DNA from: Rhodothalassiaceae bacterium
GTDB lineage: Bacteria > Pseudomonadota > Alphaproteobacteria > Sphingomonadales > Rhodothalassiaceae
Assembly (NCBI GenBank): GCA_046753425.1
Contig: JBHHTO010000001.1
Location: 1-42,681 of the forward strand
Direction: 5' to 3'
DNA: 42,681 bases
Made by a program: the position numbers and the translations under genes. The notes below the pieces were generated by a model, which had not been told where the DNA came from, did no database searches, and saw only the letters and a list, made by a program, of their open reading frames with translations. Positions 18,091 through 27,856 of this stretch are shown here, piece by piece (the stretch's first letter is position 1; the number at the start of each line of letters is the position of its first letter).

Positions 18091-19110
18091 CTACTCCACC
18101 TTCCAAGTGTAGCCGCGGCGGAGGAAGGCGTTGAAGTCGGGCCTGCCCTTCTCCTTCTTCACCGCCTCCATCTGGCCCAGCATGTCGCGTTCATAGCTCG
18201 AGCGCGGGTCGCAATAGATGACGCCGATGACCATCGGGAAGTCGGGCCGCTTGAGCGCCATCAGCATGTGCGCGAGCTCGGCATTGGTCTCGTCATGGAC
18301 GAGAATGTCGCTCTCGCTGACGCCGCCTTCGCCGATCGTCGCCACCTCGAGTGCGAAGGTCTTCGGATTGAAGACCAGTCCCTTGTCGCGCGCCTTGCCG
18401 AAGACGAGCGGCTCGCCGTGCCGGACGTCGATGGTGTTCTCGTCGCGCACCGCCTTCTCGGCGAAATCGGCGAAGATGCCGTCATTATAGACGATGCAAT
18501 TCTGGAAGATCTCGATGAAGCTTGCACCCTTGTGCGCATAGGCGCGCTTGAAGACCTCGGCCATATGCTTTTGCGCCGTGTCGATAGTGCGGGCGATGAA
18601 GCGGCCGCCGGAGCCGAGCGCGAATCGGCAGGGGTCGACCGGCCGGTCGACCGAGCCATAGGGCGTCGAGGGCGAGCGCGTGCCGGGCCGGCTGGTCGGC
18701 GAGTACTGGCCCTTGGTCAGCCCGTAGATCTCGTTGTTGAAAAGCAGGATGTTGAGATCGACATTGCGCCTGAGCGCGTGCAGTAGGTGGTTGCCGCCGA
18801 TCGACAGGCCGTCACCGTCGCCGGTGATCACCCAGACGTCGAGATCCGGATTGGCCAGCTTGACCCCGGTGGCGATGGCGGGGGCGCGGCCGTGGATGGT
18901 ATGAAATCCGTAGGTCGCCATGTAATAGGGAAAGCGCGATGAGCATCCGATGCCGGAGACAAACACCGTGTTTTCCGGTCGCGCCCCGAGCTCGGGCAGC
19001 GTCCGCTGCATGCATTTGAGGATCGCATAGTCGCCGCAGCCGGGGCACCAGCGCACCTCCTGGTCGGTGGCGAAATCCTTCACCGTCAGGGCTCCCACAG
19101 GCTTGTTCAT
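18091..19110 (-). CDS. korB: 2-oxoglutarate:ferredoxin oxidoreductase beta subunit (TPP-binding)
   Basis: The N-terminus contains WCPGCGDYAIL. The TPP-binding block is GDGDGLSIGGNHLLHALRRNVDLNILLFNNEIYGLTKGQ. The gene has a 4-nt overlap with korA. Confidence 0.88.
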   Translation of the reverse strand: MNKPVGALTVKDFATDQEVRWCPGCGDYAILKCMQRTLPELGARPENTVFVSGIGCSSRFPYYMATYGFHTIHGRAPAIATGVKLANPDLDVWVITGDGDGLSIGGNHLLHALRRNVDLNILLFNNEIYGLTKGQYSPTSRPGTRSPSTPYGSVDRPVDPCRFALGSGGRFIARTIDTAQKHMAEVFKRAYAHKGASFIEIFQNCIVYNDGIFADFAEKAVRDENTIDVRHGEPLVFGKARDKGLVFNPKTFALEVATIGEGGVSESDILVHDETNAELAHMLMALKRPDFPMVIGVIYCDPRSSYERDMLGQMEAVKKEKGRPDFNAFLRRGYTWKVE

Positions 19111-21002
19111 GACCGGCCCTCCCCCGAATCGATGGGTGCGGCACCCGTTTCCTCGTGGATCGCGTCCAGAAGCTCGCGGATCTTGAAGGGTTGCCCCGCC
19201 ACCTTGGTCAGCGAGCGGGCATCGAGCAGAAAACGGTCGCGCAGCAGGGTGATGAGTTGCCCCATGTTCATCTCGGCAACGATGACCCGCTCGAAGCCGG
19301 CGAGCAATTCGCCGAGATTGCGCGGGAAGGGATTGAGATAGCGCAGGTGGATATGGCTCACATCGAGCCCCTCGCGGCGCGCCCGGCGCACCGCCTGGTC
19401 GATGGGGCCGAAGGTCGAGCCCCAGCCGACGACGGCAAGCCGCCCCTGATCGGAGCCGAGCGCCACCTCCTGCAGCGGGATGTCGTCGGCGATGCGTGCC
19501 ACCTTGTCGCGGCGCATCTCGCTCATCCGCTGATGATTGTCGGGTGCATAGGAGATGGCACCGGTCTCGGCCGACTTCTCGAGGCCGCCGATACGGTGGG
19601 CGAGCCCGGGCGTCCCCGGCACCGCCCAGGGACGGACCAGCGTATCGCCAAGGCGCTGGAAGGGGTTGAAGTCGCCCTCCGCAGGCGCTTCAGTCCATTT
19701 CTCGACCGCGATCGACGGATAGTCGTCGATATCGGGCAGCCTCCAGGGCTCCGCGGCATTGGCGATATAGCCGTCTGTCAGCAGCATGACCGGGGTCATG
19801 TGATGAAGCGCGATGCGCGCGGCCTCGATCGCGACGTCGAAACAGTCGCCGGGCGAGGCGGCGGCGAGCACCGGCATCGGCGCGTCGGCATTGCGGCCGT
19901 AGACCGCCTGATAGAGATCCGACTGCTCGGTCTTCGTCGGCAGGCCGGTCGACGGCCCGCCGCGCTGCGAATTGATGACGAGAAGCGGCAGCTCGACCGC
20001 GATCGCGAGACCCATGGCCTCGGTCTTGAGCGCGATGCCGGGCCCCGAGCTCGAGGTGACCCCGAGCTGTCCGGCGAAGGAGGCCCCGATCGCCGAGCAG
20101 ATGGCGGCAATCTCGTCCTCGGCCTGGAATGTGAGGACGTCGAATTCCTTCATCCGGCTGAGCTCGTGCAGCACCGGCGAGGCGGGGGTGATCGGATAGG
20201 AGCCGAAGAAGACCGGAAGGCCCGCAAGGCGCCCGGCGGCGGCGATCCCCCAGGCCAGCGACTGGCTGCCGGTAACGGTGCGGTATTCGCCCGGCTCGGC
20301 TTGCGCCCGCGCGATCCGGTAGCGCTTGATCTCGACCCCGAGCTCGGCGGTGTCGCCGAAGGCGTGGCCGGCATTGAGCGCCGCGATATTGGCATCGCGG
20401 ATCGTCGGCTTGCCGGCGAATTTCGTCTTCAGCCAGCGGATCACCGGCTCGCGCGGTCGCGTGAACATCCACAGCATGAGGCCGAGCGTCCACATGTTCT
20501 TGCAGCGCAGGGCCTCCTTCTGCGAGAGGCCGAATTCCTTCACCGACTCGAGCGTATGGCGCGAGATGTCGAACTTGAGAACGCGGACGCGCGCCAGCGT
20601 GTCGTCCTCGAGCGGATGGCTCTCGAAGCCCGCCTTCTGCAGATTGCGCCGGGTGAAGGATCCTGTATCGACGACGATCAGCGCCCCGTCGCGCAGGCTC
20701 GGCAGATTGACCTTGAGCGCCGCGGGGTTGAGGGCGACAAGCACGTCGGGATCGTCGCCGGCGGTGAGAATTGTCGACGAGCCGAAATTGATCTGGAAGG
20801 CGGAAACACCGAAGGTGGTACCCGCCGGCGCCCGGATCTCGGCCGGAAAGTCCGGGAATGTCGCGAGATCGTTGCCGGCGAGCGCCGTTGCCGAGGTGAA
20901 CTGGCTGCCGGTAAGCTGCACGCCGTCGCCGGAATCGCCGGCGAAGCGCACGACCACGCTTTCAAGCGCCTCCAGGCGATCGCCCGCTTCGAATGTGTCC
21001 AT
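19107..21002 (-). CDS. korA: 2-oxoglutarate:ferredoxin oxidoreductase alpha subunit (fused gamma/alpha domains)
   Basis: The start at MDTFEAGDRLEALESVVVRFAGDSGDGVQLTG is the typical KorA N-terminus. GSYPITPAS and GLPTKTEQSDL blocks are present. The upstream 52 codons of the track ORF were discarded. Confidence 0.88.
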   Translation of the reverse strand: MDTFEAGDRLEALESVVVRFAGDSGDGVQLTGSQFTSATALAGNDLATFPDFPAEIRAPAGTTFGVSAFQINFGSSTILTAGDDPDVLVALNPAALKVNLPSLRDGALIVVDTGSFTRRNLQKAGFESHPLEDDTLARVRVLKFDISRHTLESVKEFGLSQKEALRCKNMWTLGLMLWMFTRPREPVIRWLKTKFAGKPTIRDANIAALNAGHAFGDTAELGVEIKRYRIARAQAEPGEYRTVTGSQSLAWGIAAAGRLAGLPVFFGSYPITPASPVLHELSRMKEFDVLTFQAEDEIAAICSAIGASFAGQLGVTSSSGPGIALKTEAMGLAIAVELPLLVINSQRGGPSTGLPTKTEQSDLYQAVYGRNADAPMPVLAAASPGDCFDVAIEAARIALHHMTPVMLLTDGYIANAAEPWRLPDIDDYPSIAVEKWTEAPAEGDFNPFQRLGDTLVRPWAVPGTPGLAHRIGGLEKSAETGAISYAPDNHQRMSEMRRDKVARIADDIPLQEVALGSDQGRLAVVGWGSTFGPIDQAVRRARREGLDVSHIHLRYLNPFPRNLGELLAGFERVIVAEMNMGQLITLLRDRFLLDARSLTKVAGQPFKIRELLDAIHEETGAAPIDSGEGRS

Positions 21003-21233
21003 GATGCTGTTGCCGTCCTTCAAGGCCGGCCCGGGTCCCTCGTGCCGGCACGCTGTGCAGTCCCCTTGGCGCGGTTCGCGGAGGCATGCGGGTCCATCCC
21101 TCTTCGCCGGGCCGCAGGGGCACTTGAGCAAATGCCGCGAACCAATGCAAGCAAGCACGCCTTGTGCGGCTGTTTAGATCGGCTGCGCTCGCTGCATTTG
21201 CGCCCGGGCCGCGCCGATGTCAAGCTTGCGGCC

Positions 21234-21848
21234 ATGACACGCAAGCATGCACCGGCGACGGCGCGCAACCGTGGCCCCATTCTCGCGATTCTGGAAAAGG
21301 CGCTGCCGCCGGAGGGCACGGTGCTCGAGGTCGCCGCCGGCACCGGCGAGCATGCGGTCGCCTTCGCCCCCGCCCTGATGCCGCGATGCTGGCTGCCGAG
21401 CGATCGTGATGCGGAGAATCTCGCGAGCATCGCGGCCTGGCGCGACGCCTTCCCCTCACCCAATCTCCTGCCGCCCGTCCGGCTCGATGTGTGCGAGACA
21501 CCCTGGCCGGTCGAGACGGCGCCGCCCCAGCCGCCGGTCAGCGCGATCGTCGCCATCAATCTCGTCCATATCGCGCCATGGGAGACGACGCCTGCCCTGA
21601 TGGCCGGGGCGGCGCGTATCCTGCTGCCCGGGGGCATTCTCTATCTCTATGGCCCCTACCGGATCGACGGAAGGCACACCGCCCCGTCCAATGCGGAATT
21701 CGACCGCGGGCTCAAGGCGCGGAATCCGGAATGGGGTGTCCGCGATCTCGGGGACGTCACGGCCGCGGCCAGGGACGCCGGGCTGCATCTTGAGGCGCGG
21801 CACGCCATGCCGGCGAACAATCTCTCGCTCATCTTCGCGAAGTCCTGA
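21234..21848 (+). CDS. DUF938 family class I SAM-dependent methyltransferase
   Basis: ARNRGPILAILEKALPPEGTVLEVAAGTGEHAVAFA contains the GxGxG SAM motif. INLVHIAPWE and LYLYGPY are also present. Only the last 204 codons of the 897-aa track ORF are coding. Confidence 0.75.
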   Translation: MTRKHAPATARNRGPILAILEKALPPEGTVLEVAAGTGEHAVAFAPALMPRCWLPSDRDAENLASIAAWRDAFPSPNLLPPVRLDVCETPWPVETAPPQPPVSAIVAINLVHIAPWETTPALMAGAARILLPGGILYLYGPYRIDGRHTAPSNAEFDRGLKARNPEWGVRDLGDVTAAARDAGLHLEARHAMPANNLSLIFAKS

Positions 21849-21898
21849 GCTGCGCGCAGCGGGGCCGACAGCGGGTGGCCGGGGTGCTGCCGACCGAG

Positions 21899-24800
21899 TC
21901 AGGCGCTCGGGCGCTCCGCGTCGCGCTGCGCGCCGATGTCCCTGAGCGCGGCGAAGAGGGCCGCGTCGAGTTCGGCAAAGGCCTCGCGCGAGGACTCGAT
22001 ATCGCCGTCGCGTGCGGCACGCTCTATCTGCGCCGCCTTGCTCGCAAGCACCGTCGCGCCGAGACTCATGGCGGCACTCATCAGCGCATGCGCATTGAGC
22101 TCGACGATCTCGAGTGCGCTCTCCTCGAGCCCTTGCGCGATCGCATCGCGGCGCTGCCGCGATTCGCGGAAAAAGGTCCCGAGCAGCCGCGCCAGAATCT
22201 CGGGGCCGACCTCGTCCTCCATTGTCTTGATCGCTGTCCGGTCGAGACCGCCGGTTGCACCCGCCTCGTGCACCGGTTCCTTGCCGTCCCGCTCACCGGC
22301 CAGCGCACGCACCGTCTCGACAAGCACGCGACGCCGAGCCGGCTTTGGCAGATATCCCGAGAAGCCCATCTCGGCGAAGGAATACTGGCTGCGTTCCTCG
22401 GCATGCGCGGTGAGCGCGACGACCGGCAGGTCGACATGGCCCGCCTTGCGGATGCATGCAAGCGCCTCGATCCCGTCCATGCCGGGCATCGAGATATCCA
22501 TGAGAACAAGATCGAAGGACTCGTCCGCCACCCGCCGCACGGCCTCGCTGCCCGACTCCGCCTCCACCACATCCGCACCGGCCCGCTGCAGCATTTCGGT
22601 GGTGATCAGGCGATTGGCCTGGCTGTCGTCCACCACCAGAATCCGAAGGCCGTCAAGCGAGATATCCTTATCCCTACGCTTTCCCTCCCGCGCGGGAAGA
22701 TGGGCGTCCACCCTGACAAAGGGAATGTCACACCAGAAATGGCTGCCGCGCCCGATCTCGCTTTCATAGCCGACCTGGCCCTGCATCAGCTCGGTCAGTC
22801 CCTTGACGATCGCGAGTCCGAGCCCGGAGCCCCCGAAGCGGCGCGATGTCGAAGGCTCTGCCTGGCTGAACTTGGAGAAGATCTTTTCCCGGAATTCGGG
22901 TCTGATGCCGATACCCGTATCCTTGACAGCAAAGCGCAGGACGACGAACTCCGCGTCGCCGGCAAGCCGGTGCACCCGCGCAGTGACATGTCCTTGCGAC
23001 GTGAATTTCACGGCATTGCCGATCAGGTTCATGAGGATCTGTCTCAGCCGCGCGGCATCGCCGCTCACCACCTGCGGCACCTCGGCGTCGACCTCGATGC
23101 GCATCTCGATGCCCTTCATCTCGGCCTGGGCACGAAAGATGTCGACGCAGTCCGCAACCACCTCGCGGGGGGTGAAGGGGGCGGGGGCGATCTCCAGCTT
23201 GCCGGCCTCGAGCTTCGAGAAATCGAGCAGGTCGTCGAGCAGCATGCGGAGCGTCTCGCCGGCACCCTTTGCGGTCATCGCCAGCCGTTTCTGGTCGGGC
23301 TTCAAAGTGCTGTCGAGAAGCAGGTCGATGGCCCCCAGAACGCCGTTCATGGGGGTCCGGATCTCATGGCTGATGGTGGCGAGGAAGTCGGACTTGGCGC
23401 GCGATGCCGCCTGCGCCTCGTCACGCGCGTGCGTCAGGCGCCGCTCGGCGGCGATGCGGTCGGAAATATCGCGGATGAATCCCGAGAACAGCGCGCCGCG
23501 TGCGGTTTCCACCTTGACGACGCTGATCTCCATGGGGAACTGCGAACCGTCCTTGCGCATCACACGGCCCACCGTCCGTCGGCCGACGAGCGGCGCCACA
23601 CCGCGGGCCTGATACTCCTCCATGATGGCGCGAAACATTTCGCGCAGGTGCGGCGGCACCAGCGTCTCGCCGATATCCTGACCGATGATCTCGTCGGCGG
23701 CCCAGCCGAACATCTCCTCGGCCGCCTTGTTGAACTCGACGATCCTGCCGGCCTCGTCGACCGTCACGACACCGTCGATGGCGGCCTCGAGAATACCCGC
23801 CTTCTGGGCCTCGGAATCGCGCAGTGCGTGCTCGCGTTCCTTGAGTTCGGTGACATCGGTATGGACGGTGACGGTGTAACCGGCCGGGGTCCTGAATTCC
23901 TGGACAAAGAGCCAGCGACCGTCGATCTCCTCCTCGAAGGGCTCGCCCGGCTCGCGGTGCTTGCGCAGACGCGCGTTGAACCAGTCCCAGTCGGGCTTGC
24001 CGGTGATCGGATCCGCCCGCCGCAGCGCGCCGCCCCGGATCAGTTCGGTGAAGGGCGTGCCGGCGCGGATCTCGCCGTCAAGCTTCATCACCAGTTCGCC
24101 GAAGACGTCGTTCCAGAGCAGGAGACGGTCCTCGGGATCGAAGATGGCAAAACTGTCCCGCCGGCTTTGAAGCGCGCTTTCCAGAATCTCCTTCGTGCCC
24201 TGCAACCGCTCGAGCAGATTGTCGCGCACGATCTGCAGCCTGAGCATACCGCTCAGCGTGTTTCCGAAACGGAAGCCGAGGATGATGACGGCAATGAAGA
24301 AGATGCCGAGCATGGCTCCCATCGCCGTGTGCAGCTTGTCACCAACCAGAAAATGCGCCGGAATGACGGGCAGAAAGGTGGGGATATAGAGGGCGAAGAA
24401 GGAGGGCAGATAATAGCCCGAGACGGTGAGCGCGCCGAGGGACACGCCGCCCAGTGTGAAGGTGATCATGACCTCGAACGGCATCGGCCCGCCGGAGAAA
24501 AAGAGGACGGCGAGCGACCCCCATGCGCATCCGACGAGAAAGGCCGAGCCGATGAGGATGAGACGGCCGAGCCGGACATCGCCAGCACGGTGCCGGGCGT
24601 ACCAGCGGGCCGTGCCCAGTCGCAGCAGTGAGGCTGTGGTGAGAAAGGCCAGCCAGCCATAGACGGCGGCCGCATTCTTCTCGCTCGCGAGCACCAAGGC
24701 GAGAATGCTGGCGAGCGCGACATGAAGAAGGCTGCCGCCGACCAGCCCGCGCGCTGCCAGCAGGAGCTGCTGCGCGGTCAGCTTGGCGCGACCCGCCTCA

Positions 24801-24922
24801 TCGAGCGGCATCGTTTCCCGGGCATCGGCAGGCCGCATGCCGGCGATCCCGGACATCCAGGAAAGCCCGTCCCGCATTCGTGTCCAGATTTGGTAGAGCC
24901 TCCTTGGGCGCGGTTCCGTCAT
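21899..24922 (-). CDS. Hybrid sensor histidine kinase / response regulator with Hpt domain
   Basis: The N-terminal region has multiple TM segments, followed by two PAS-like segments. The HisKA H-box is LATISHEIRTPMNG, the HATPase blocks are GNAVKFT and GSGLGLAIVK, the REC domain is ILVVDDSQANR...DLVLMDISMPGMDG, and the C-terminal Hpt is ELNAHALMSAAMSLGA. Confidence 0.9.
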   Translation of the reverse strand: MTEPRPRRLYQIWTRMRDGLSWMSGIAGMRPADARETMPLDEAGRAKLTAQQLLLAARGLVGGSLLHVALASILALVLASEKNAAAVYGWLAFLTTASLLRLGTARWYARHRAGDVRLGRLILIGSAFLVGCAWGSLAVLFFSGGPMPFEVMITFTLGGVSLGALTVSGYYLPSFFALYIPTFLPVIPAHFLVGDKLHTAMGAMLGIFFIAVIILGFRFGNTLSGMLRLQIVRDNLLERLQGTKEILESALQSRRDSFAIFDPEDRLLLWNDVFGELVMKLDGEIRAGTPFTELIRGGALRRADPITGKPDWDWFNARLRKHREPGEPFEEEIDGRWLFVQEFRTPAGYTVTVHTDVTELKEREHALRDSEAQKAGILEAAIDGVVTVDEAGRIVEFNKAAEEMFGWAADEIIGQDIGETLVPPHLREMFRAIMEEYQARGVAPLVGRRTVGRVMRKDGSQFPMEISVVKVETARGALFSGFIRDISDRIAAERRLTHARDEAQAASRAKSDFLATISHEIRTPMNGVLGAIDLLLDSTLKPDQKRLAMTAKGAGETLRMLLDDLLDFSKLEAGKLEIAPAPFTPREVVADCVDIFRAQAEMKGIEMRIEVDAEVPQVVSGDAARLRQILMNLIGNAVKFTSQGHVTARVHRLAGDAEFVVLRFAVKDTGIGIRPEFREKIFSKFSQAEPSTSRRFGGSGLGLAIVKGLTELMQGQVGYESEIGRGSHFWCDIPFVRVDAHLPAREGKRRDKDISLDGLRILVVDDSQANRLITTEMLQRAGADVVEAESGSEAVRRVADESFDLVLMDISMPGMDGIEALACIRKAGHVDLPVVALTAHAEERSQYSFAEMGFSGYLPKPARRRVLVETVRALAGERDGKEPVHEAGATGGLDRTAIKTMEDEVGPEILARLLGTFFRESRQRRDAIAQGLEESALEIVELNAHALMSAAMSLGATVLASKAAQIERAARDGDIESSREAFAELDAALFAALRDIGAQRDAERPSA

Positions 24923-25163
24923 TTCGCCCTTCTATTTTCCACGACGCATCGCCCACGGGCCGGGCAACTCCGCGCCTGGGGTGCCGGGAACCGACCGCAG
25001 CCACCCGAATCCCGCGCGTCGCAGGCATGCCCTGCAAGATAAGTCTCCCGCATCAGGCGTCAAGAAAGGGTGAATGGCGCAATGATTGTGCTATGGATTC
25101 CGCAGATCCGGGCCGGCCCCGCGCGAGGCAGGACGGGATCGGCAGACATGAAGGAGATTTGCC

Positions 25164-25721
25164 ATGCCAGCGACCACAATGCGGCTGCTTCTTGTGGCCA
25201 TCCTCGTTTCGGCCCTTGGCGCCTGCGGCGAGCCGCAGGACGCAGGCGAGGCGACATCCGAAGAGGCCGCGCCGTCCACTGCGGTGGACGGCGGCACGGC
25301 GGCGGGCGACGCGATACCGGCGACCGGCTCCGGATGGGTTGATGAACAGCGCCGCTTTCTCGCGACCTTTGCCGCCGAGGACGGCGTCGAGAGGAGCCCC
25401 GCTGGTGTCTATTACCGCATCCTGCAAGCCGGTACGGGCCGGATGCCGAAGCCCGGTGACATCGTGCGCGTCCATTATGAGGGGCGGCTCGTCAACGGCA
25501 CTGTCTTCGACAGCTCCTACGCGCGCGGTGAGCCGGCCGAGTTCCCCAGCGATCGCCTGATCAAGGGCTGGCAGGAAATTCTCACCATGATGCACGAGGG
25601 CGGCAAGTGGCAGATCGCCATTCCGGCCGAGCTGGCCTATGGAGCGCGCGGCGCCGGCGATGTCATTCCGCCGGATTCGGCCCTGCTGTTCACGATCGAG
25701 CTTCTCGAGGTCAAGGGATAG
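25164..25721 (+). CDS. FKBP-type peptidyl-prolyl cis-trans isomerase, probable lipoprotein
   Basis: The lipobox-like signal is LLLVAILVSALGAC. The FKBP core is GDIVRVHYEGRLVNGTVFDSSYARGEPAEFPSDRLIKGWQE...LLFTIELLEV. Confidence 0.88.
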   Translation: MPATTMRLLLVAILVSALGACGEPQDAGEATSEEAAPSTAVDGGTAAGDAIPATGSGWVDEQRRFLATFAAEDGVERSPAGVYYRILQAGTGRMPKPGDIVRVHYEGRLVNGTVFDSSYARGEPAEFPSDRLIKGWQEILTMMHEGGKWQIAIPAELAYGARGAGDVIPPDSALLFTIELLEVKG

Positions 25722-25724
25722 GCC

Positions 25725-26336
25725 ATGGCCGCGGCCGGCGGAAAAGCCCTCGCGACGATACGCAAGGCGGCCGGCCTCCTGCCCAATCTGCTCGGCATCG
25801 GCCGCATCCTTGCTGCGCCGCTCGTCGCCTGGCTGCTGCTTCGCGGGCATCTGGCCGAGGCTTTCTGGGTATTTCTCCTCGCCGGTCTCAGTGATGCGAT
25901 CGATGGCGAGCTGGCGCGGCGGCTCGGCGTCGTCAGCCGCTTCGGCGCGGTTCTCGATCCCGCCGCCGACAAGATCCTGATCGGCAGCGGCTATGCCGCC
26001 GCGGCCACCGTCGGCCTTCTCCCCTGGTGGCTGGCCTGGCTCGTCATCGGCCGCGACGTCGCGATCCTGCTCATCGCCGGCATCACCTGGCTTCTGAGGC
26101 CTGGCCTCCTCATGTTGCCCCTTCGCATCGGCAAGATCTCGACCGGCACACAGATTGCCGGTGCCGGTGCGGTCCTCGCTGCCGCCGCCTATGCGTGGCC
26201 GCCGCTCGACATGCGCAATGGCATTCTTGCCATCGCCACCGTGATGACCATCCTGAGCGGGCTTGCCTATGCGCTCAACTGGATCCGCACGCTTCGCCGC
26301 CGGTCCCTCAGGCCGCGAGACCCGCCGCCGGCGTGA
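25725..26336 (+). CDS. CDP-alcohol phosphatidyltransferase family protein (PgsA-like)
   Basis: The signature D-x2-DG-x2-AR-x8-G-x3-D-x3-D is present as [27 protein letters not shown]. The 203-aa product is a multi-TM protein. Confidence 0.8.
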   Translation: MAAAGGKALATIRKAAGLLPNLLGIGRILAAPLVAWLLLRGHLAEAFWVFLLAGLSDAIDGELARRLGVVSRFGAVLDPAADKILIGSGYAAAATVGLLPWWLAWLVIGRDVAILLIAGITWLLRPGLLMLPLRIGKISTGTQIAGAGAVLAAAAYAWPPLDMRNGILAIATVMTILSGLAYALNWIRTLRRRSLRPRDPPPA

Positions 26337-26955
26337 AGGCGGCGGCGGTGTGCTCGCGAACCTCGTCGATGCCGACACCGGGGGCGAACTCGACCAGCCT
26401 GAGGCCGTCAGCCGTGACATCGAACACCGCGAGATTGGTGATGATGCGATCGACACAGGCGACGCCGGTCAGCGGCAGGTCGCAGGCGGGCAGGATCTTG
26501 GGCGTTCCGTCCTTCGCCGTGTGATCCATGATCACCACCACGCGCTTGACCCCGGCGACGAGGTCCATGGCGCCGCCCATGCCCTTGACCATCTTGCCCG
26601 GGATCATCCAGTTGGCGAGATCGCCGCGCTCGGAGACCTGCATGGCGCCGAGGATCGCAAGATCGATATGGCCGCCGCGGATCATCGCGAAGCTCGTCGC
26701 CGAGTCGAAATAGCTCGTGCGGTCGAGCTCGGTGATCGTCTGCTTGCCGGCATTGATGAGGTCGGGATCCTCCTCCCCCTCATAGGGAAAGGGACCCATT
26801 CCGAGCATGCCGTTCTCCGAATGCAGCGTCACATCGACGCCCTCGGGAATGTAATTGGCGACAAGGGTCGGGATACCGATGCCGAGATTGACATAGAACC
26901 CGTCCTCGAGTTCCCGGGCCGCCCGCTCGGCCATCTCGTTTCGCGTCCAGGCCAT
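26308..26955 (-). CDS. scoB: 3-oxoacid CoA-transferase subunit B
   Basis: [16 protein letters not shown] and the SENGMLGMG block (active-site Glu region) are present. The gene is adjacent to subunit A. Confidence 0.88.
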   Translation of the reverse strand: MAWTRNEMAERAARELEDGFYVNLGIGIPTLVANYIPEGVDVTLHSENGMLGMGPFPYEGEEDPDLINAGKQTITELDRTSYFDSATSFAMIRGGHIDLAILGAMQVSERGDLANWMIPGKMVKGMGGAMDLVAGVKRVVVIMDHTAKDGTPKILPACDLPLTGVACVDRIITNLAVFDVTADGLRLVEFAPGVGIDEVREHTAAAFTPAAGLAA

Positions 26956-27005
26956 GATGTCCGTGCTCCCTATCCGTCATATCGTCCGCTTCTGGCACCG
27001 CCTTT

Positions 27006-27710
27006 TCAGGCAGCGCGCGGCCGGGTCGTGCGCTGCTCGATGCGCTTTTCGAATGTCCCCTTGAGAAGCCGCTGCACGAAAATGCCCGGCGTGTGCACGG
27101 CATCGCCGTCGAGATCGCCGAGCGGCACGATCTCCTCGACCTCGGCCACCGTCACCCTGCCGGCCATCGCCATCAGCGGATTGAAGTTGCGCGCCGTCTT
27201 GCGATAGACGAGATTGCCCTCGGGGTCGCCCTTGTGCGCCTTAATGATCGCGAGATCGGCCTTGAGCCCGGTCTCGAGAATATAGGTCTCGCCGTCGAAC
27301 GCCTTGTGCTCCTTGCCCTCGGCGACGATCGTGCCGACGCCGGTCCTGGTATAGAAGCCGGGAATGCCCGCGCCGCCGGCACGGATGCGTTCGGCGAGCG
27401 TGCCCTGGGGATTGAATTCGAGCTCAAGCTCGCCGGCGAGAAACTGGCTCTCGAACTCCCTGTTCTCACCGACATAGGACGAGATCATCTTCCGGATCTG
27501 CCGTGTCTGGAGCAGGATGCCGAGGCCGAAATCGTCGACCCCGCAATTGTTCGAAATGACGGTCAGATCCTTCGTGCCATGCTCTCTGATGGCGGCGATC
27601 AGGTTCTCGGGAATGCCGCAGAGCCCGAAGCCCCCGGCCATGATCGTCATGCCGTCAAACAGCAGCCCGTCAAGGACATCGGCGGCGGACTGGTAGACCT
27701 TTCTGCTCAT
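27006..27710 (-). CDS. scoA: 3-oxoacid CoA-transferase subunit A
   Basis: MSRKVYQSAADVLDGLLFDGMTIMAGGFGLCGIPE is the typical subunit A N-terminus. I used the internal ATG at 27710, not the TTG at 27749. Confidence 0.88.
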   Translation of the reverse strand: MSRKVYQSAADVLDGLLFDGMTIMAGGFGLCGIPENLIAAIREHGTKDLTVISNNCGVDDFGLGILLQTRQIRKMISSYVGENREFESQFLAGELELEFNPQGTLAERIRAGGAGIPGFYTRTGVGTIVAEGKEHKAFDGETYILETGLKADLAIIKAHKGDPEGNLVYRKTARNFNPLMAMAGRVTVAEVEEIVPLGDLDGDAVHTPGIFVQRLLKGTFEKRIEQRTTRPRAA

Positions 27711-27856
27711 CGCGCGGCCTCGCTGCACTGCAATAAACCGGTGATCCAAGCTCTAGGCCGGCCCGCCGGCCCCGTCAAGCAGCCGGGCGGGCTTGCGCCT
27801 GCGTGCCGAGTGTCGCTATGGGGGGTGCGGACAATGTGCGGGAGCCTCAGGACATC

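Noticed and set aside
21127-21144. A sigma-54-like TGG...TTGC element upstream of korA (minus strand TGGTTCGCGGCATTTGCT).
   Set aside because: The GG-to-GC spacing is 14 nt instead of the required 12, and the flanking bases do not fit TGGCAC-N5-TTGC.
19155-21233. The 5' 693 codons of the 897-aa plus-strand ORF.
   Set aside because: This part is antisense to korA, which has strong family motifs. Only the last 204 codons (from ATG 21234) match a real family (DUF938).
21875-24631. A 918-aa ORF on the plus strand, nearly as long as the histidine kinase gene.
   Set aside because: It is exactly antisense to a gene with clear HisKA, HATPase, REC and Hpt motifs. Its translation is Arg/Gly/Ala/Asp-rich low-complexity sequence with no recognisable domain. 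Stop-poor antisense frames are expected at this GC content.
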